Source: Balanoglossus misakiensis (lineage: Eukaryota; Animalia; Hemichordata). From it: 64,000 bases of DNA. Location of the stretch: contig CM082596.2 of NCBI GenBank assembly GCA_040954595.2, positions 8,259,124-8,323,123 of the forward strand, written 5' to 3'. Made by a program: the position numbers and the translations under genes. Of the stretch, positions 37,361 to 51,116 are shown piece by piece. The notes beneath the pieces are model-generated. The model ran no database searches. It was not told the DNA's origin and saw only the letters and a list, made by a program, of their open reading frames with translations. Numbering within the stretch: the stretch's first letter is position 1; each line of letters begins with the position of its first letter.

Positions 37361-39433
37361 CCCTTACCAAAATCGGGTGCACCCGAAAGGCACCCGAAAG
37401 AACACACCCCGGGTGCACCTTAGGTGGCACCCGAAACACACCCCTCAGAACACACCCGAAACCACCTTAAATTGGTCACTTTAGGTGTGTTTCGGGTGTA
37501 CAAAACAGGTGCATTATAGGTGCACCCGAAAGGCACCCGAAATAGAGCACACCCGAGGTGCACCTTAGGTGGCACCCGAAACACACCCGTATGATATGGT
37601 ATGGATGCACCCGAAACGCACCCGGAACAACATACTCCGGGTGCACTTTAGGTGGCACCTAAAACACACCTGAATGATATTATGGATGTATTATGCAGTT
37701 GCTGCAGTGGCTCATACACACACACACACACACACACACAATGTGAAAAAAACAGCCAATACAATTATTGTTCAATAAAACTAAAAGTCAATATATTGCT
37801 AATTGTAAACTTAATAAAGTTCTTTTGTACAGTACAGTAAAAATAAAATGATGGATAAAATGATAGAGCTACATAGTACAGTTCGACTAGCTATGTACAA
37901 ACACTTGTAATCTACACTAAGTTCGATGGAAATGTGGTCACCGTGATCAGAATATAGTCAGTGGTTTCACAGCAATAATTAAGTTATCCGAGGCATGCTG
38001 CTTCACATTTCTGTCCGGGAACGATATTATGCAACGTACATGCAATGTCCACGCCATTTTGAATGAACCATTCTCGCGGATGCTCGTCCATGCATCATCG
38101 TCCTTAAATGGCGATCGAGATTTCTTGTAATGAGTACGGTCAAATCAACAGCTATCAATGGACACACCACAGGAGTAGGTGTTCGTTCAAAACGCATTTG
38201 GTACTTACAATCGTCCGAGTCGTATCAAAACGCGATGTGTTTGAACGCGACTGTTTACTGACATCGAGAATGGCGGCCACATTGTTATGACCATGTCGAC
38301 CGATGCGCGTGATGAACGTACGTGACTGACCTCCCTTGTCATGATCTTACGTGTTTTGATATCCGCACGTCATCTCTGACGCCTAAAGTAGTCGGAACAA
38401 CGAAACGATTTCACAAATTTTGCTAAAACTGCGTCGAAATGGCTTTCCGACATTGACTTCCGTGTCTACGATGTGGACTTGCCAGTATGACTGTTCAATG
38501 ACGTTATTATGAATGGACCAATCCGGTTACGTATGTTAATGACGTCCCGGGTCAAAAGTCAAGTATTGTACTTCGGCCAGTACAACTTGCAAGGGTTGTA
38601 GTTTGTGGTGAATAAATCGTGGAAAACTTTTATTAAAATCGTGATCTCCAAAATAAAGAGACAGAACTTGATTCCAGTACATATAAATGGACAAAAAAAA
38701 TGTTTTTTATTCCTTGGAGCTGTTAATTATTTAATAAAATATATTCAGAAATTTTCCAACTTCAACAGATGATATAATTTTTCATCAACTAACTGATGTG
38801 AAAAAGTTGCTAAGTCTAAAGCGGGTGTGTTTTGGGTGCCTTCTCGATGTGAAAAAGTTGCAAAGTCGAAAGCGGGTGTGTTTTGGGTGCCTTCTCGATG
38901 TGAAAAAGTTGCAAAGTCGAAAGCGGGTGTGTTTTGGGTGCCTTCTCGATGTGAAAAAGTTGCAAAGTCGAAAGCGGGTGTGTTTTGAGTGCCTTCCCTA
39001 TGTGAAAAAGTTGCAAAGTCTAAAGCTGGTGTGTTTTGGGTGCCTTCCCGATGTGAAAAAGTTGCAAAGTCGAAAGCGGGTGTGTTTTGGGTGCCTTCCC
39101 GATGTGAAAAAGTTGCAAAGTCTAAAGCTGGTGTGTTTTAGGTGCCTTCCCGATGTGAAAAAGTTGCAAAGTCGAAAGCGGGTGTGTTTTGGGTGCCTTA
39201 ACGGCCAGTGCTGATATCAGAAGGTGTATTTCGGGTGCACCCGTAAGACACCTATTCAGTTTATATTGTAGGGGTGGATTTCGGGTGGGTTAGACCACCC
39301 ACCCAAAACCCACCCCATCTTACAGTGGTGTGTTTTAGGTAGGTTACGGGTGGGTCTAAGTGCAATTGGTGTGTTTTGGGTGTATTTTAGGTGCACCCGA
39401 GGTGCACCCGAGCACTCAGAAATTTGGTAAGGG
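37361..39433. mobile_element. Non-autonomous TIR DNA transposon with 2-bp TSD (AT) and CCC..GGG ends (CMC/EnSpm-like)
   Basis: TIRs CCCTTACCAAA / TTTGGTAAGGG with AT duplicated on both sides. Subterminal GGGTGCACCCG motifs and a 51-bp tandem array at ~38795-39200 are present. Removing it restores the reading frame seen in copy A. Confidence 0.85.
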
Positions 39434-42400
39434 ATGTCATGAGAAGTGCCCGGGAATTGTGTGGTGTCTTTTTCCAGTTGACGTCGTCTTGTCCCTACCC
39501 ATCTACGACACCACTCTACAAAGATGTATTCTGTAACTGGTATGCCTGTTCGACCCGCCATCTCTTCAAGTGCCCTGACATCCTGGTTCCCGATTCCCAT
39601 ATGTTCGGCCATGCAGGCGTAGTGCAAAGATGGTGCACGTTGAATGTCCATTCTCATGGTCAGTTTTCTTCTCGTTTCTAGAAGCATCCATTTGATATCA
39701 CAGCCTTTCCACTTCTTCAGTAAGATCGTTGTATCATGACCTTGACAAAGCAGGTCACAAACATCTTCTGCTTTACCAACTTTTTTGTTGTACACTTTCT
39801 GTCCCATGTCTTCTGCACGTAGCACATCATTGAGAGTGTAAAAACCAACTTTTTCCATGTTGCTGTGGTTTGCAAGAGAATCTGCACTCAGGATAAGCTG
39901 ATTCATCCTGTTGCCTGGACACGCGATCGAGAAGACATCCTGTATGTCTTTGGAAACCATCTCAAGAAGCTTGTAGCCCTCACCAATCGACTTCTTGTCT
40001 TCAACTCGTACGCAGACATTGACTGCCCTTCTGCCATTGGTCATAAAGACAAGACCTTCAACATCATGACACACTTTGATACCATTTCTCCATAAGCCAC
40101 TGGGCGGTTGGCCAAGCTCTGTGAAATGCTTATATAGACGGGTCTGTAATCTTGGGAAAAAGCCTGCCGTGAAGGAATCTGTTTCATCATGGCATTCAAA
40201 ACGTCTTCCAAGGTAGATTGTCTTCATACGATTCAATTCCCATTGATCTTCAGGCATATCATCGTCTTGAAGCCCTGGTATGAGGAACAGTTTCTCTCCA
40301 GTCTTTGTGATGCCCTGAGCTGGACAGAGAAGCTCAAAATCCTCCAGAAGGTCGATGAGAAGTTTGATGTTTACACCTTCACCAAGTACATCTTCTATCT
40401 TCTCCATCGTCTGAAAACAATCTCTCTCGAATCTGGAACTGAACTGTGCAAATAAAGGGGTGGCCAACATTGGTCCAAATATCCTGTAACACAACCAGCT
40501 TGGATCCAATACCACGACATCTTCTCTTTCCGAAGATGACTTCTTCACAAACAATAGCTGTACACAAGAAAAGAAATATTTCGATACATGAAAATCTGTA
40601 TGTTGCACATTTCTGTAGGCAAGGCACAATATGAAATTTAACTTAGCTCCAAAAAAAAAAATATGGCTGGCATATGGTGAGGTTTAGATAAATTATTATC
40701 AATGACATACTGAAGTTTCTTGTTACTGACCTCTCCTATGTCATGCAGGTAGTTGGTGGCTTTTTGTAAGAAACTTTCGTCAATCGTGGGATATTTTTCT
40801 TTGATTTTTGCCATGTACAATGTCCAATAAATGCCAGGGAACTTCTTGTCATATAATTTACTCTTCATTTCCATTATTTTGGCACAAACACTTGGAAGAG
40901 TTTTCACTGTCTAAGAATGAAAAGAAATTGATAACATGTCAAATGTTATGTGAAGTATCCACATTTATTTCATTCAGTAAAAAAGTCATCGGGGGAAAAT
41001 TTTAAATAACACCATGACTTGTTCACAAGTCTCACAAAATGACACATAAAACAGAGCATTATGTTTATGCATTCCAGTCAACTTTTGCCAAAGTAGGAAT
41101 TCAAATTTAGCAGACTGAGTATGATACTTGTCCGGTGGTTTTACATTAACTGGACTATTATTATAGTGTATTTATGTTTAGAGGCAAAATATTGTTACCT
41201 TTTTCTGATTTAAACAGTCACGGATTTTCTTCATTTCACTGCCTGTAGAATCACGGCAATTCAACAGAAATATGTCACTCACTATGTCTAAATACTCTTG
41301 AAACATAGTCTGGGCTTTTGTCAGAATTTCCTCCAGCATATGGTTTGCTGTGAATTATAAAGAGATGACAATATTAATTGCCAGATTACTCCATATGCAG
41401 AAAATAAGGCAAAAACAGTTCTGCTGTGAACCTTTCTCTCAATAGTGCATAAAACAGTCATTAACCCTTTCACCCCAGTTCCCTCCACCCATCCGTCCGT
41501 CCGTCCGTCATACATACCGTACATACATACACATTGGTACATACATGTACATATGAGCTAGATTGTTAGATATGCATATGAGCTGACCAACCTAGAGCCT
41601 CGTATTCATTCTCCACCTCATCAGCTCGACTTGCAACCAATATCACCACTGGTTTCTTGTATCCTTCACCTGGCTGATCGAATGAATACCTGTCCATGTG
41701 GGTTGTTCCTTTCAGAAACCGCAACCAAAACAAAATCTACAAATGAGAATATTTGTATAAATTATACAAATATTTTATTAATTTTGAGTCAAATTTAAAG
41801 GGATCATGAATATGAAATTATAATTCAAGAAAAGTGTGATATTTTGACAATGATCAGTTTCTTCTGTCTTGGGGTATGGAAAGTGATAAATGATGCAATA
41901 CATATGGACTTCCAATCTCATGCATGTTTAGTAAATTTTTTGTGAAGATTCTTACCTGTGGGAATACACGTTCATAGGTGCTAAGTTGACCATTCTCGTC
42001 TGTAGCTTTGAACACCAATATGGAGACAGCATTGGGTGCTCCCAGAAACATGTTATGAGTGACGTAATACTCGGCCTGACCGGCAAAATCCCAAACACTG
42101 CACTTTCCCACGCCAGGAATATGAACACTTTGGACATCAATACCAGGCGTGGGAATGTGTCCACTGCGTTCAAATTCCATGGTTGTTTCTTCACTCTTTG
42201 ATAAAGAAAAGTGAAAGAAAAAAAAATTCACTATATACCGGTACATACACAAAATGTCACAATTTCATCAACCATGCGTATACTTTAATTATCCAAAGTT
42301 CACCTGTGGCATTCTGTCAGTAGTTTCCTAATACATGTACATGTATGCACCATACATACAAAGTGAATGATACTGCTAAACTTAAACTTTTATGCGAATT

Positions 42401-43553
42401 AATCAATATCAACATACCCTCTGAAGTGACTTGAATAGTGTAGTCTTACCAACTCCACCATCTCCAGCAAAGAACAACTTAAAAGTGTCGCATTCCTCAC
42501 CTGGTTCCTTCGTCAGCTCATTGAACTCATTTCGTTTCTTTTTTAATAAAAAAAAAATCATGAAAATGCATTTATGCTATATTTGTGAGTTTGACACCAC
42601 AGTGATCTCATCCATATGAATGAACACTTTTAATCCATAAGAATTACCACATTTCAGGTTATATATTGATAAAATTCATGGTAATATGACAATTACACTC
42701 ACCCTAATGTAATCCAATAGCACATCCTTAGCAGAGCGACTTTTAGCTACATCAAGCGGTGTCCTTCCGGTCTAAGTTTTATTAGGATAAAAAGTATTAA
42801 AACTGAATTATTATGTTGATGTTGATAAGATAATAGTAGTATTAAATAATGTAACTGATAACATCAATTATTCAAAATGTATTAAATTCCAAAATAATGT
42901 TGAAGTCAATTCTATTTCATATTTGATGAAAAAAGAATGACAACATCATGTGACATCATGAACAAAATCTAAATGCACCCAATTGAATCTTTTACAATTG
43001 TCAGCAGATTTTGAATGAAACTATCAAGAAACTTACATAACAAAATGAAAGTTGATCAGAAAACATGGTAGAGTGTCATGAAATGAAATATTCGAAAATA
43101 GAAAAAAATACCTGATTTTTGCAGTCAATATCAGCTCCATATTGTAACAGCAGTTTCACAACTTTTCCATAATCCCTGTTATATCCTTTGCCCATTGCTG
43201 CCATATGAAGTGCTGTGTTGCCATCCTATACAAGAAACAAAAGCATAAACAGCGCACCACCAAAGTTACTGGAATCATTATCAGAGGTACAGAACTAGTC
43301 ACAGCATGGTAGTACATGTCTGTTAAGGCAGTTTCCTTGTGAGTATGTAATTTCTTGCCAAAACTGTGGTGTTCAACTAACCTAAATAGGTTCTCTGTTT
43401 GTTGAGAGATATATTTAAAGAATAACTAAAACAAAAACTAGCTGTCACTGTATCTTCTTTAAAATAAGGATCCATTGCATTATCAAACAAAGAAACATAT
43501 TACATTGTAATGGATATTTCTTTCCATTAACCTGTAGAAGTCATGGTATTTAC

Positions 43554-44530
43554 CTTGTTTTGAATGTTAGCATCAGCTTTGTGTTCCAATAACAATTTGA
43601 CACTGTCTTCATCACCAAATCCAGCTGACTTGTGCAAAGGTGTGTTTCCATCCTGTAAGTAATGAAGGAGGAGCATGAGAATAATGTCACAAAAATTGAA
43701 ATGTAATGCGAGATTTCCTTAAACAAACAAACAAACACACAAACAAATGTTTATATGTTGATTAGAATTAACCTGTAGAAGTCATGTTGGTATTTACCTT
43801 GTTTTGTATGTTAGCATCAGCTTTGTGTTCCAATAACAATCTGACACGGCCTTCATAACCATACCCTCCTACTGCAGAGTGCAAAGGTGCGTTTCCATCC
43901 TGTAAGTAATGAAGGAGGAGCATGAGAACAATGTCACAAAAATTGAAATGTAATGTGAGATTTCCTTAAACAAACAAACAAACAAACACACAAACAAATG
44001 TTTATATGTTGATTAGAATTAACCTGTAGAAGTCATGTTGGTATTTACCTTGTTTTGTATGTTAGCATCAGCTTTGTGTTCCAATAACAATCTGACACGG
44101 CCTTCATAACCATACCCTCCTACTGCAGAGTGCAAAGGTGTGTTTCCATCCTGTAAGTAATGAAGGAGGAGCATGAGAATAAAGTCACAAAAATTGAAAT
44201 GTAATATGAGGTTTCCTTACACAAACAAACAAACAAACAAATAAATGTTTGGTTGTTAATTAAGAATTAACCTGTAGAAGTCATGGTGGTATTTACCTTG
44301 TTTTGTATGTTAGCATCAGCTTTGTGTTCCAATAACAATTTGACACGGCCTTTATCACCATCCCTTGCTGCAGAGTGCAAAGGTGTGTCTCCATTCTGTA
44401 AGTTAATGAAGGAGGAGCATGAGAATAATGTCACAAAAATTGAAATGTAATGTGAGCTTTCCTTAAACAAACAAACAAACAAACAAACACACAAACAAAT
44501 GTTTATATGTTGATTAGAATTAACCTGTAA
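43554..44530 (-). repeat. Tandem array of 4 single-ankyrin exon+intron cassettes (copy B)
   Basis: Same cassette design as 23137-27320. Helix-1 cores are SAARD, SAVGGY, SAVGGY and KSAGF. Confidence 0.9.
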
Positions 44531-44558
44531 GAATAAGCACACACCTGTAATGATTACC

Positions 44559-44610
44559 GCTATGTGCTATGTTGGCTTGGGCCCGCTATTGCTGCTTGGC
44601 AGCTATATTT
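44559..44610 (+). mobile_element. Orphan HINE 3' terminus (GGGCCC family)
   Basis: GCTATGTGCTATGTTGGCTTGGGCCCGCTATTGCTGCTTGGCAGCTATATTT is the reverse complement of the 3' ends in the 1-12467 array. Confidence 0.8.
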
Positions 44611-45624
44611 GGAATTGCTATTTAATTTATATATGCAGAATATAATAAAACTCTTGATTGTATCTGTAGTGGCCATTCACCCAAAAGAAATGACTATTTG
44701 CACACTCTTTGCAGCAAGAGAAAACATTTGATTGTGTGCATGGTTTATAAAATGACACTCTAAAAAAGTAATGTTACATGACTGTCCATGAAAGATTCAT
44801 CCAGAGTTTCCATTGTGGTCATGAAGTCAATCAACATGTGTAGCCGCTTTCATTACCCCTTTAAATGAAGTAATAAGTCAGTTCACGTACCTCAATCTTA
44901 GCATTGACGTCTGCACGATGGCTTATCAACACCTTGACAGCATCCAATCCACCATCCCTGCATGCTGCATGCAATGCTGTGGAATCCCTCTGGAATGAAG
45001 GCGTTTAAAGTTGGAATAAAAATGATATCATCATTCAATTTGATACATATTGCATGTGTATCAACCATCTGATTAAAATCAGATGTAGGGAACGGCGACG
45101 TGGTTTTTATGCTGTCCTAAAAAAAATACGTCGCCGTTCCCTACATCTGATTTTAATCAGATGGGTGTGTCAAGTGCTTGATCTTTTGTTGAAGAACTCA
45201 AAAAATGTCATCACTTTGAGCTTCAGTGCACAGCTCTTATTATAATATATGTACTTGAACCCGATGATCTTGGTAATTTTTTCTGAGGATGAGTGGATAA
45301 TTCACTGTACATGTATGAGAGAAAATGATTGAACTGACAATTTACAGGTATTGAGACGGTTTCAGTAAGAAAGATGTCTTTTGCATGCCATACTGCCATC
45401 AGATACAGTGTAATGTATGGCATGTCATTATCTGCTATGTCTTTCACCAAGCAGTATGATGTTTGATTCATCCCATCATGCCTGTTATCAGCACAAGTAT
45501 AACAGGGACCATCACAACAGGTTGGAACATCCATTAATTGTGACAGGGTGGGAGACATAAATTTGATAAGTAGCTTAATTTTCTATTTGACAAACTCAAA
45601 CCATTCACGTATTATTGCTAATTA

Positions 45625-46012
45625 TATTACCATGGCCTGTGCGTCACATTTTAATTGGTCGAGATGAACGACGTCACTGACCACAAATACTCAGTAATGG
45701 TTTGATTACATGCCAATAAATCTGAATAGTAATATTAGCGAACAGTTCAGTGAATACAACATTTTGCGTAACACAAGTTCCGGGGCCCCTTGTCTTTTGC
45801 GCGGGACATTTTCGTAAATTTTGATGGATTTCTTTAGTTCTCTAGTAATATAATGGAAATAACCCACTCCGCCCTGACCATTAACATTTGTTAATGGGCA
45901 CGGGCTCGAGGACAGCCAAAATTCATGGGCTCTGAAGCCTCGCCCATGAATTTTTGGCTTTCCCCTCGCCCTTGCCCATAAACAAACGTTTATGGTCAGG
46001 GCGGAGTACATA
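45625..46012. mobile_element. Interspersed repeat, same family as 21657-21970
   Basis: Direct sequence similarity, with a hairpin region near 45870-46005. Confidence 0.6.
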
Positions 46013-49000
46013 ATATTTTGAGTGAAACTGCTTTTGATGAGCTATAACATGATACAGTGGAAATCTAGAAGGGCATTGAGCTACTAGCAGTTAAAGCTTA
46101 TTCTTTTTTTTAAAACAGCAGACTAACTTCTTTGTAAATTTCTACATCACTCGATCGACACTAAAGTCATATGAAAACCTGTTGATGATACAAGACCTAG
46201 AGAGTGTAGTTGTATGATTGCTTCTCTTTGCCTTTTATATTGGTCAGGTGACTTTCAAGAGAATTAAGGGCTTCAAGCCTATCATGAGTTTTACAAATGT
46301 ATTTCCTATCACAATGACATAATGCTAAAATGGAAATTATAATTCTGATATTAGAATTCAAATTCTTTGCTGTTTCATGAGTAGTTATCCATGTGTTATT
46401 TTTACGAGGGATGACTTCCGGTCGATATGAAACACTTACCCATGGCCAGCCCTTTGCATTGACATCATATCCATCAGCTATCAGCGACTGAATCTTTGCA
46501 ATGTCACCATTCCTTGCGGCATAGATGAGATCCTGCAACATTCAATAAGCAAAACTAATCATTTTTTTTAATATTCTCAAAATGCAATCATAAACAACAA
46601 AAAATATAATAGGAAAACATTGAAATCTTCATTTATGAAGACAAACCGTGACACACTGTGGATAAAATGAAGACATCATATAGTGGGGAAACACTAGACT
46701 GTGTGATTATTTTTCAACAAGATAAAACAGAATCTCAAAAGAGCAATTCATGCAAACTGAAACACAAAAACCTGTGGTGGCACTCCCAAGTAAAACTGGC
46801 ATTGTTTGTTCAGCAAAATTTCAAAATAGCCCTTTTCTTGACAAAAATACACATTATTTTGTGAAATATAGTTAAAAATTAGACAAAAATGCACCCCCTA
46901 ATGTACAAAATCTCTTCAGGCAATACTATTTTTATTACATGCCTCACCAGGTTGGTTTCATTGGATTGCCGTAACCTTGGCAACCAGTCAATACTGCACT
47001 GATTTTGTACTCACATTCAGGCATGTATATAAAACACAAATAAATTAATTGCCAAGCAAATTAAGTTGCAGCCCTTTGATCTATGATGCCGCACTTTATT
47101 GATCTTTAAAGTGTTGAAGTTTATCGACAATCTGTCAATTTATAGTTTTCACAATGTGATACACTCTACAATTTCATGTTCGCGTAAAAATTGCATTGGT
47201 CAAATGCTTCAGTCCACTGGAATCATGAATAATCTCAAACATTATTCTGAAACACCAGTTACAATTAAATCAGTGTTTCATCTAGATGGGGGGATTCACC
47301 CCCTGTTGACATGTTGGCACCCCCTAGTAATTTGTCAAGGGGGGACCAGTGCCCCTTAAAATGACGTCATTTACATGTTAGAGATATTATATTCCCCCAT
47401 TGCCAGAGTGGAATCCCCCCAAAAAATTCTGGCAAAGGGGGACTTAATATCCCCCCTGTTGATGCTATCCTGGATGAAACACTGTTTAATGTTTTCATCT
47501 TGATCAAACAGACCATATTTTCACTGGTGCAAACAGCTGAATGCAACTTAGTTCAAAGGTCACTTACTTGTGGGTCTTTATATTCCTGGAAAGCCATGGT
47601 TTATATCACTGACATTGCGTTGGAATACATAACATCATGTTTGGTCTTAAGTTGAGACCAACAACTGTTAGCCAACAATTATAGTTCTATGGTGTCATCG
47701 GGCTACATAATCATGTGATTTTGAAGACTGCATGCAAGGGTCTGTAAAAAGTCAATAAGTAACTATAAGGAACACTACTCTATATCTAACACTATGCAAA
47801 GAAAAATTAGAATCTAGGGTAGTTGTCAAACCTATTTAACAAAAGACAGGTAGAATATTAACTCAAAAGTCATCGCAAAACAACATTGTTGATAATTAAA
47901 TATTAACTGGCACAAACTTACACTGAAGTAGGAGGGACCTGTTTAACTTTGAAGTTTTGTGTAGCTAGGATTTTATCTGTGAGGTACCAAGAGGCGACGA
48001 TCGCGGTATAGTCAGGGTATTGTCGCCAATTCAAGTGGAACAGTTTGCTGCCACGCACAGAAAATAAAATACTGACTGGATTTCAAGTCAAGAACATCAA
48101 GGAAAATGAAACTACAAATTAATTACATGTAATGAATCTCGTTTCCATTAAAGGTTTGATATGGGCAAGTTTCTGTTATTTAAGGCTTAATTGTTAATTA
48201 CGGGAACAGACATTCTAAAATTAAATATATCAATTGCGTGCATCTGCAAGTAAAAATTAAATTAACTAGCACGAACCCTGTACATACATTGCGTCGATCA
48301 ATTGAACAGTGGTGCCTGATTGCATTTTCCATTCGATTTTTTTGTTTCTGTTTTGTTTCGTCATCCCTGCCATAAAGTACATTAAAAGCATTAGCAAAAC
48401 TTTCCCTTGGCACTGAGTGATGTTTCCCTAAATGTACTCACCATAAAGTGTCTTGGTGGCGGGACTTAGTACTTGCGAGCACGACTTCAAGTTGGAACTA
48501 ACGTATAGACAGGAAGGCAGCAGCTCTTCTGATGGCTGATTCTCAGGAGAACTTTACTTATTGGTAGCTCAAGATAATCATACGATGACCACCAACCAAT
48601 CAGTCGCCTCTTGGTATCACATCACACAGACCTGGTGACATTAAAATGGCGCAATAAATTTAGAAGTGACATGTTTTTTTGGACCAAAGACACACTTTTT
48701 GATAAATGCATATCCCTGCTACGTGCCCTTGGACCACATACCAATCAGGTGATGTCCTAGCTGCAATAATTGTAGCCCTGGTGGGCTGGTTAATCGCTGA
48801 CGGGGGGCTTGATTAACCAACCCACCCGCACGCACCCGTCTTTTCCCATAGGATTATATTAATAATTGCTAGAAAACAAACTTCTACTATTGTCATTTTC
48901 ACAAAATTTTACACATATAGCTCAGTCAAGTAAATATAAATTCATTGGTCAAATAAAATCGTGTGGTCACCGCGCTCTATTTTGAGATGAATTTTGTTAA

Positions 49001-49519
49001 AAATTTTGCCCATAGACAAACCATTGGTGAAAAATGCTGAGTCAGCAGTTTTCTTCTATTATCGACTAAATTCATGGCTCTGGTATTTCAAAAACAAGTA
49101 CGGTGACCCCTATATTCTATCACGGATTACATACACAGGATAATCCAAAAATCAACAATTAAAAGAAACGACAAGACTTTCAATTTTGACAAATGTACAT
49201 CCTTAACACTGTTTTCTGTAACTTTCACTACATGTATGGAAGTTCGTTAATAAGTATTTCATTAAATCACTGAATTACTCTCTTTTCTGCCAGGAAACAA
49301 ATGTAAATATGAGGTCTTTCTAGTGAATGCAAGGTGGTTTGTTACATTTTATGAAAAGTTTTTATTGTCATAAGCCCCAGCAATCCTGTACAAAAAAACC
49401 TGCTGGGATTAGAGTGATTCTGTAATGAATATCGACCCTCCTTTTGATATCAGGGATATTTTGTAACAAATAAAATTTGTTTGATGTGATGTGACACTTA
49501 TTGTTATGAATACACATAT

Positions 49520-50160
49520 TGTATTCTCTCACTCCTGGCCGCTGGGAGTGTGGGATAGAGAGTGTGGGATCAAATTGATCCCACACTCTGTGTTAATGCG
49601 CACACAGACAACTGTTATCTGACACGAGCTCTGATTGGATAATGATATCCATACCCCTCAGAACGAGCAAATATTATCCAATTGTGCGATGTGTTGTACA
49701 CAAACCTGAACTACAATGTGATCAGGTCATGTGCAGACGACAGTGGTGTACGTGGTTGGCGACAGATTAAATAAAAACGGTTTTATTTTCTAGATAACAC
49801 GTGAATTTATGCCACTGGAAACAATCTCCATATTTTAATGTGTTGAGCACATTTTTATAGCATGTGTGTACTGTAAACTAGTGATGAAATGGGGACTATG
49901 TTTTGAGGGGCGGATCAATATATGACTGGTCATGCAGTTATCAGTTGGTATTTTATAGATTTTATTGTAAATAAACGTTAATATCACAAATTTCTGGTCG
50001 TGTGAGAAAAAGAATCTCACACACCAAGGACCTGGGATCGTATTTCTCACACTCGTCGGGGATATTCTGTCCCACATGAGCCGCAGGCGAGTGTGGGACA
50101 GAAAATCCCCAACTCGTGTGAGAAATACGATCCCAGGTCCTTGGGAGTGTGAGATCCTAT
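49520..50160. mobile_element. Hairpin-terminated non-autonomous element (Crypton-like structure)
   Basis: A ~145-bp palindrome at 50013-50158 centred on GAGCCGCAGGCGAG, with a related motif at ~49522-49590. Confidence 0.5.
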
Positions 50161-51116
50161 TAGTCCCATTTCAAATTCGTCAGGAACATGGACAGTCTCA
50201 GATGACGAAGTCCGGCGACTTGTTGGTTTTCTGGAGCCAAGGCATCGTTGGTTTTCTTTTAACCATTAGAATGTATATTTTCTGAAAGTTGACAACTTTC
50301 AGCCTTGGTTTTCCTGGTTTCCGTTGGGCAAAGAACTTCTCTACTCACATTGCTGTCAGTACTAGCATCATTGTCATTCGCTATCTGATCAGATCGGCTT
50401 TGGATGGCTAGATTCCATTCCATGGTCACTCTGCGAAAATGCATCTGGATCCGATAATAATTATTTCATTTATTTGAGATGGATGGCGATGGGGTTTGAT
50501 TGTCAAGGTCTTTATTGAGTGGCAAATAAATGTTCTTTTCGCTTTACCCACTTGGCCATTATGGATGATTGTGTTTCTTTTGTTCTTGTGGTTTCTACCA
50601 ATGGCTTTATACACATATTCTGGTTTGGTCTTTTCGACTTCATTTGCATCGTTGGCAAATAAATATCCTTTTCTTCTATATTATTATGGATGGCTGTGTT
50701 TCTTTTCTTCTTCGTGGTTTCAAATTGTGGCCCCAACTGATGGACAACGTTCACCTCCAGTTTCCCTTTTTTTCTGTTGGGACAAGTCTTCCCCTGGCAC
50801 TTTCGTGGTGCCGAGGTCAGTGATCTCATTACCTCGGCCCTTTTCCGTTGGTTTGTTGTTTTCCGTTGGTTTCCCAGAAGATTTTTCCTTTACTGGAGAA
50901 TATTCACATCCAGTACAAAGAGACATTTGTGACTTCCTTTGGTCACAAATGTCTCTTATATTGTTCGCGAAAATAACCCGTTTTACAGTATTCTTCATTA
51001 TAGACGGGGAATGATTCGATTTCTTGTGCGTATATAACGGTATGTATCATTCAGGTATATATTGTCTATATTTGCATTTTTTTTGCCCAAACTTAGAGGC
51101 CTGAACGAGCTAAATT

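Larger units (their letters stand above)
35378..47597 (-). pseudogene. ROCO protein copy B (ANK-ROC-COR-DD); last exon disrupted by a transposon, giving a truncated allele or pseudogene
   Basis: Exons: 47568-47597, 46440-46532, 44891-44989, ankyrin cassettes 44297-44395, 44049-44150, 43798-43899, 43554-43652, then 43112-43225, 42703-42771, 42418-42537 (GDGGVGKT), 41956-42195, 41592-41736, 41199-41347, 40731-40910. The last exon 40557->35378 is split by the insertion at 37361-39433, with a read-through stop at 39256. All other exons are open. Confidence 0.8.

Noticed and set aside
35497-37407. 636-aa alternative-frame ORF (LQQCHRHHNNQTQASN repeats)
   Set aside because: A 126-bp unit without stops in a second frame stays open automatically. 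It starts inside the transposon and its equivalent in copy A is only a short ORF.
38798-39214. Cys/Lys-rich repeat ORF (KKLQSRKRVCFGCL)
   Set aside because: It is a translation of the 51-bp subterminal tandem repeat of the transposon.
50496-51014. 172-aa hydrophobic plus-strand ORF
   Set aside because: It has a non-ATG start and T-rich composition yielding F/L/W, and no recognisable family.
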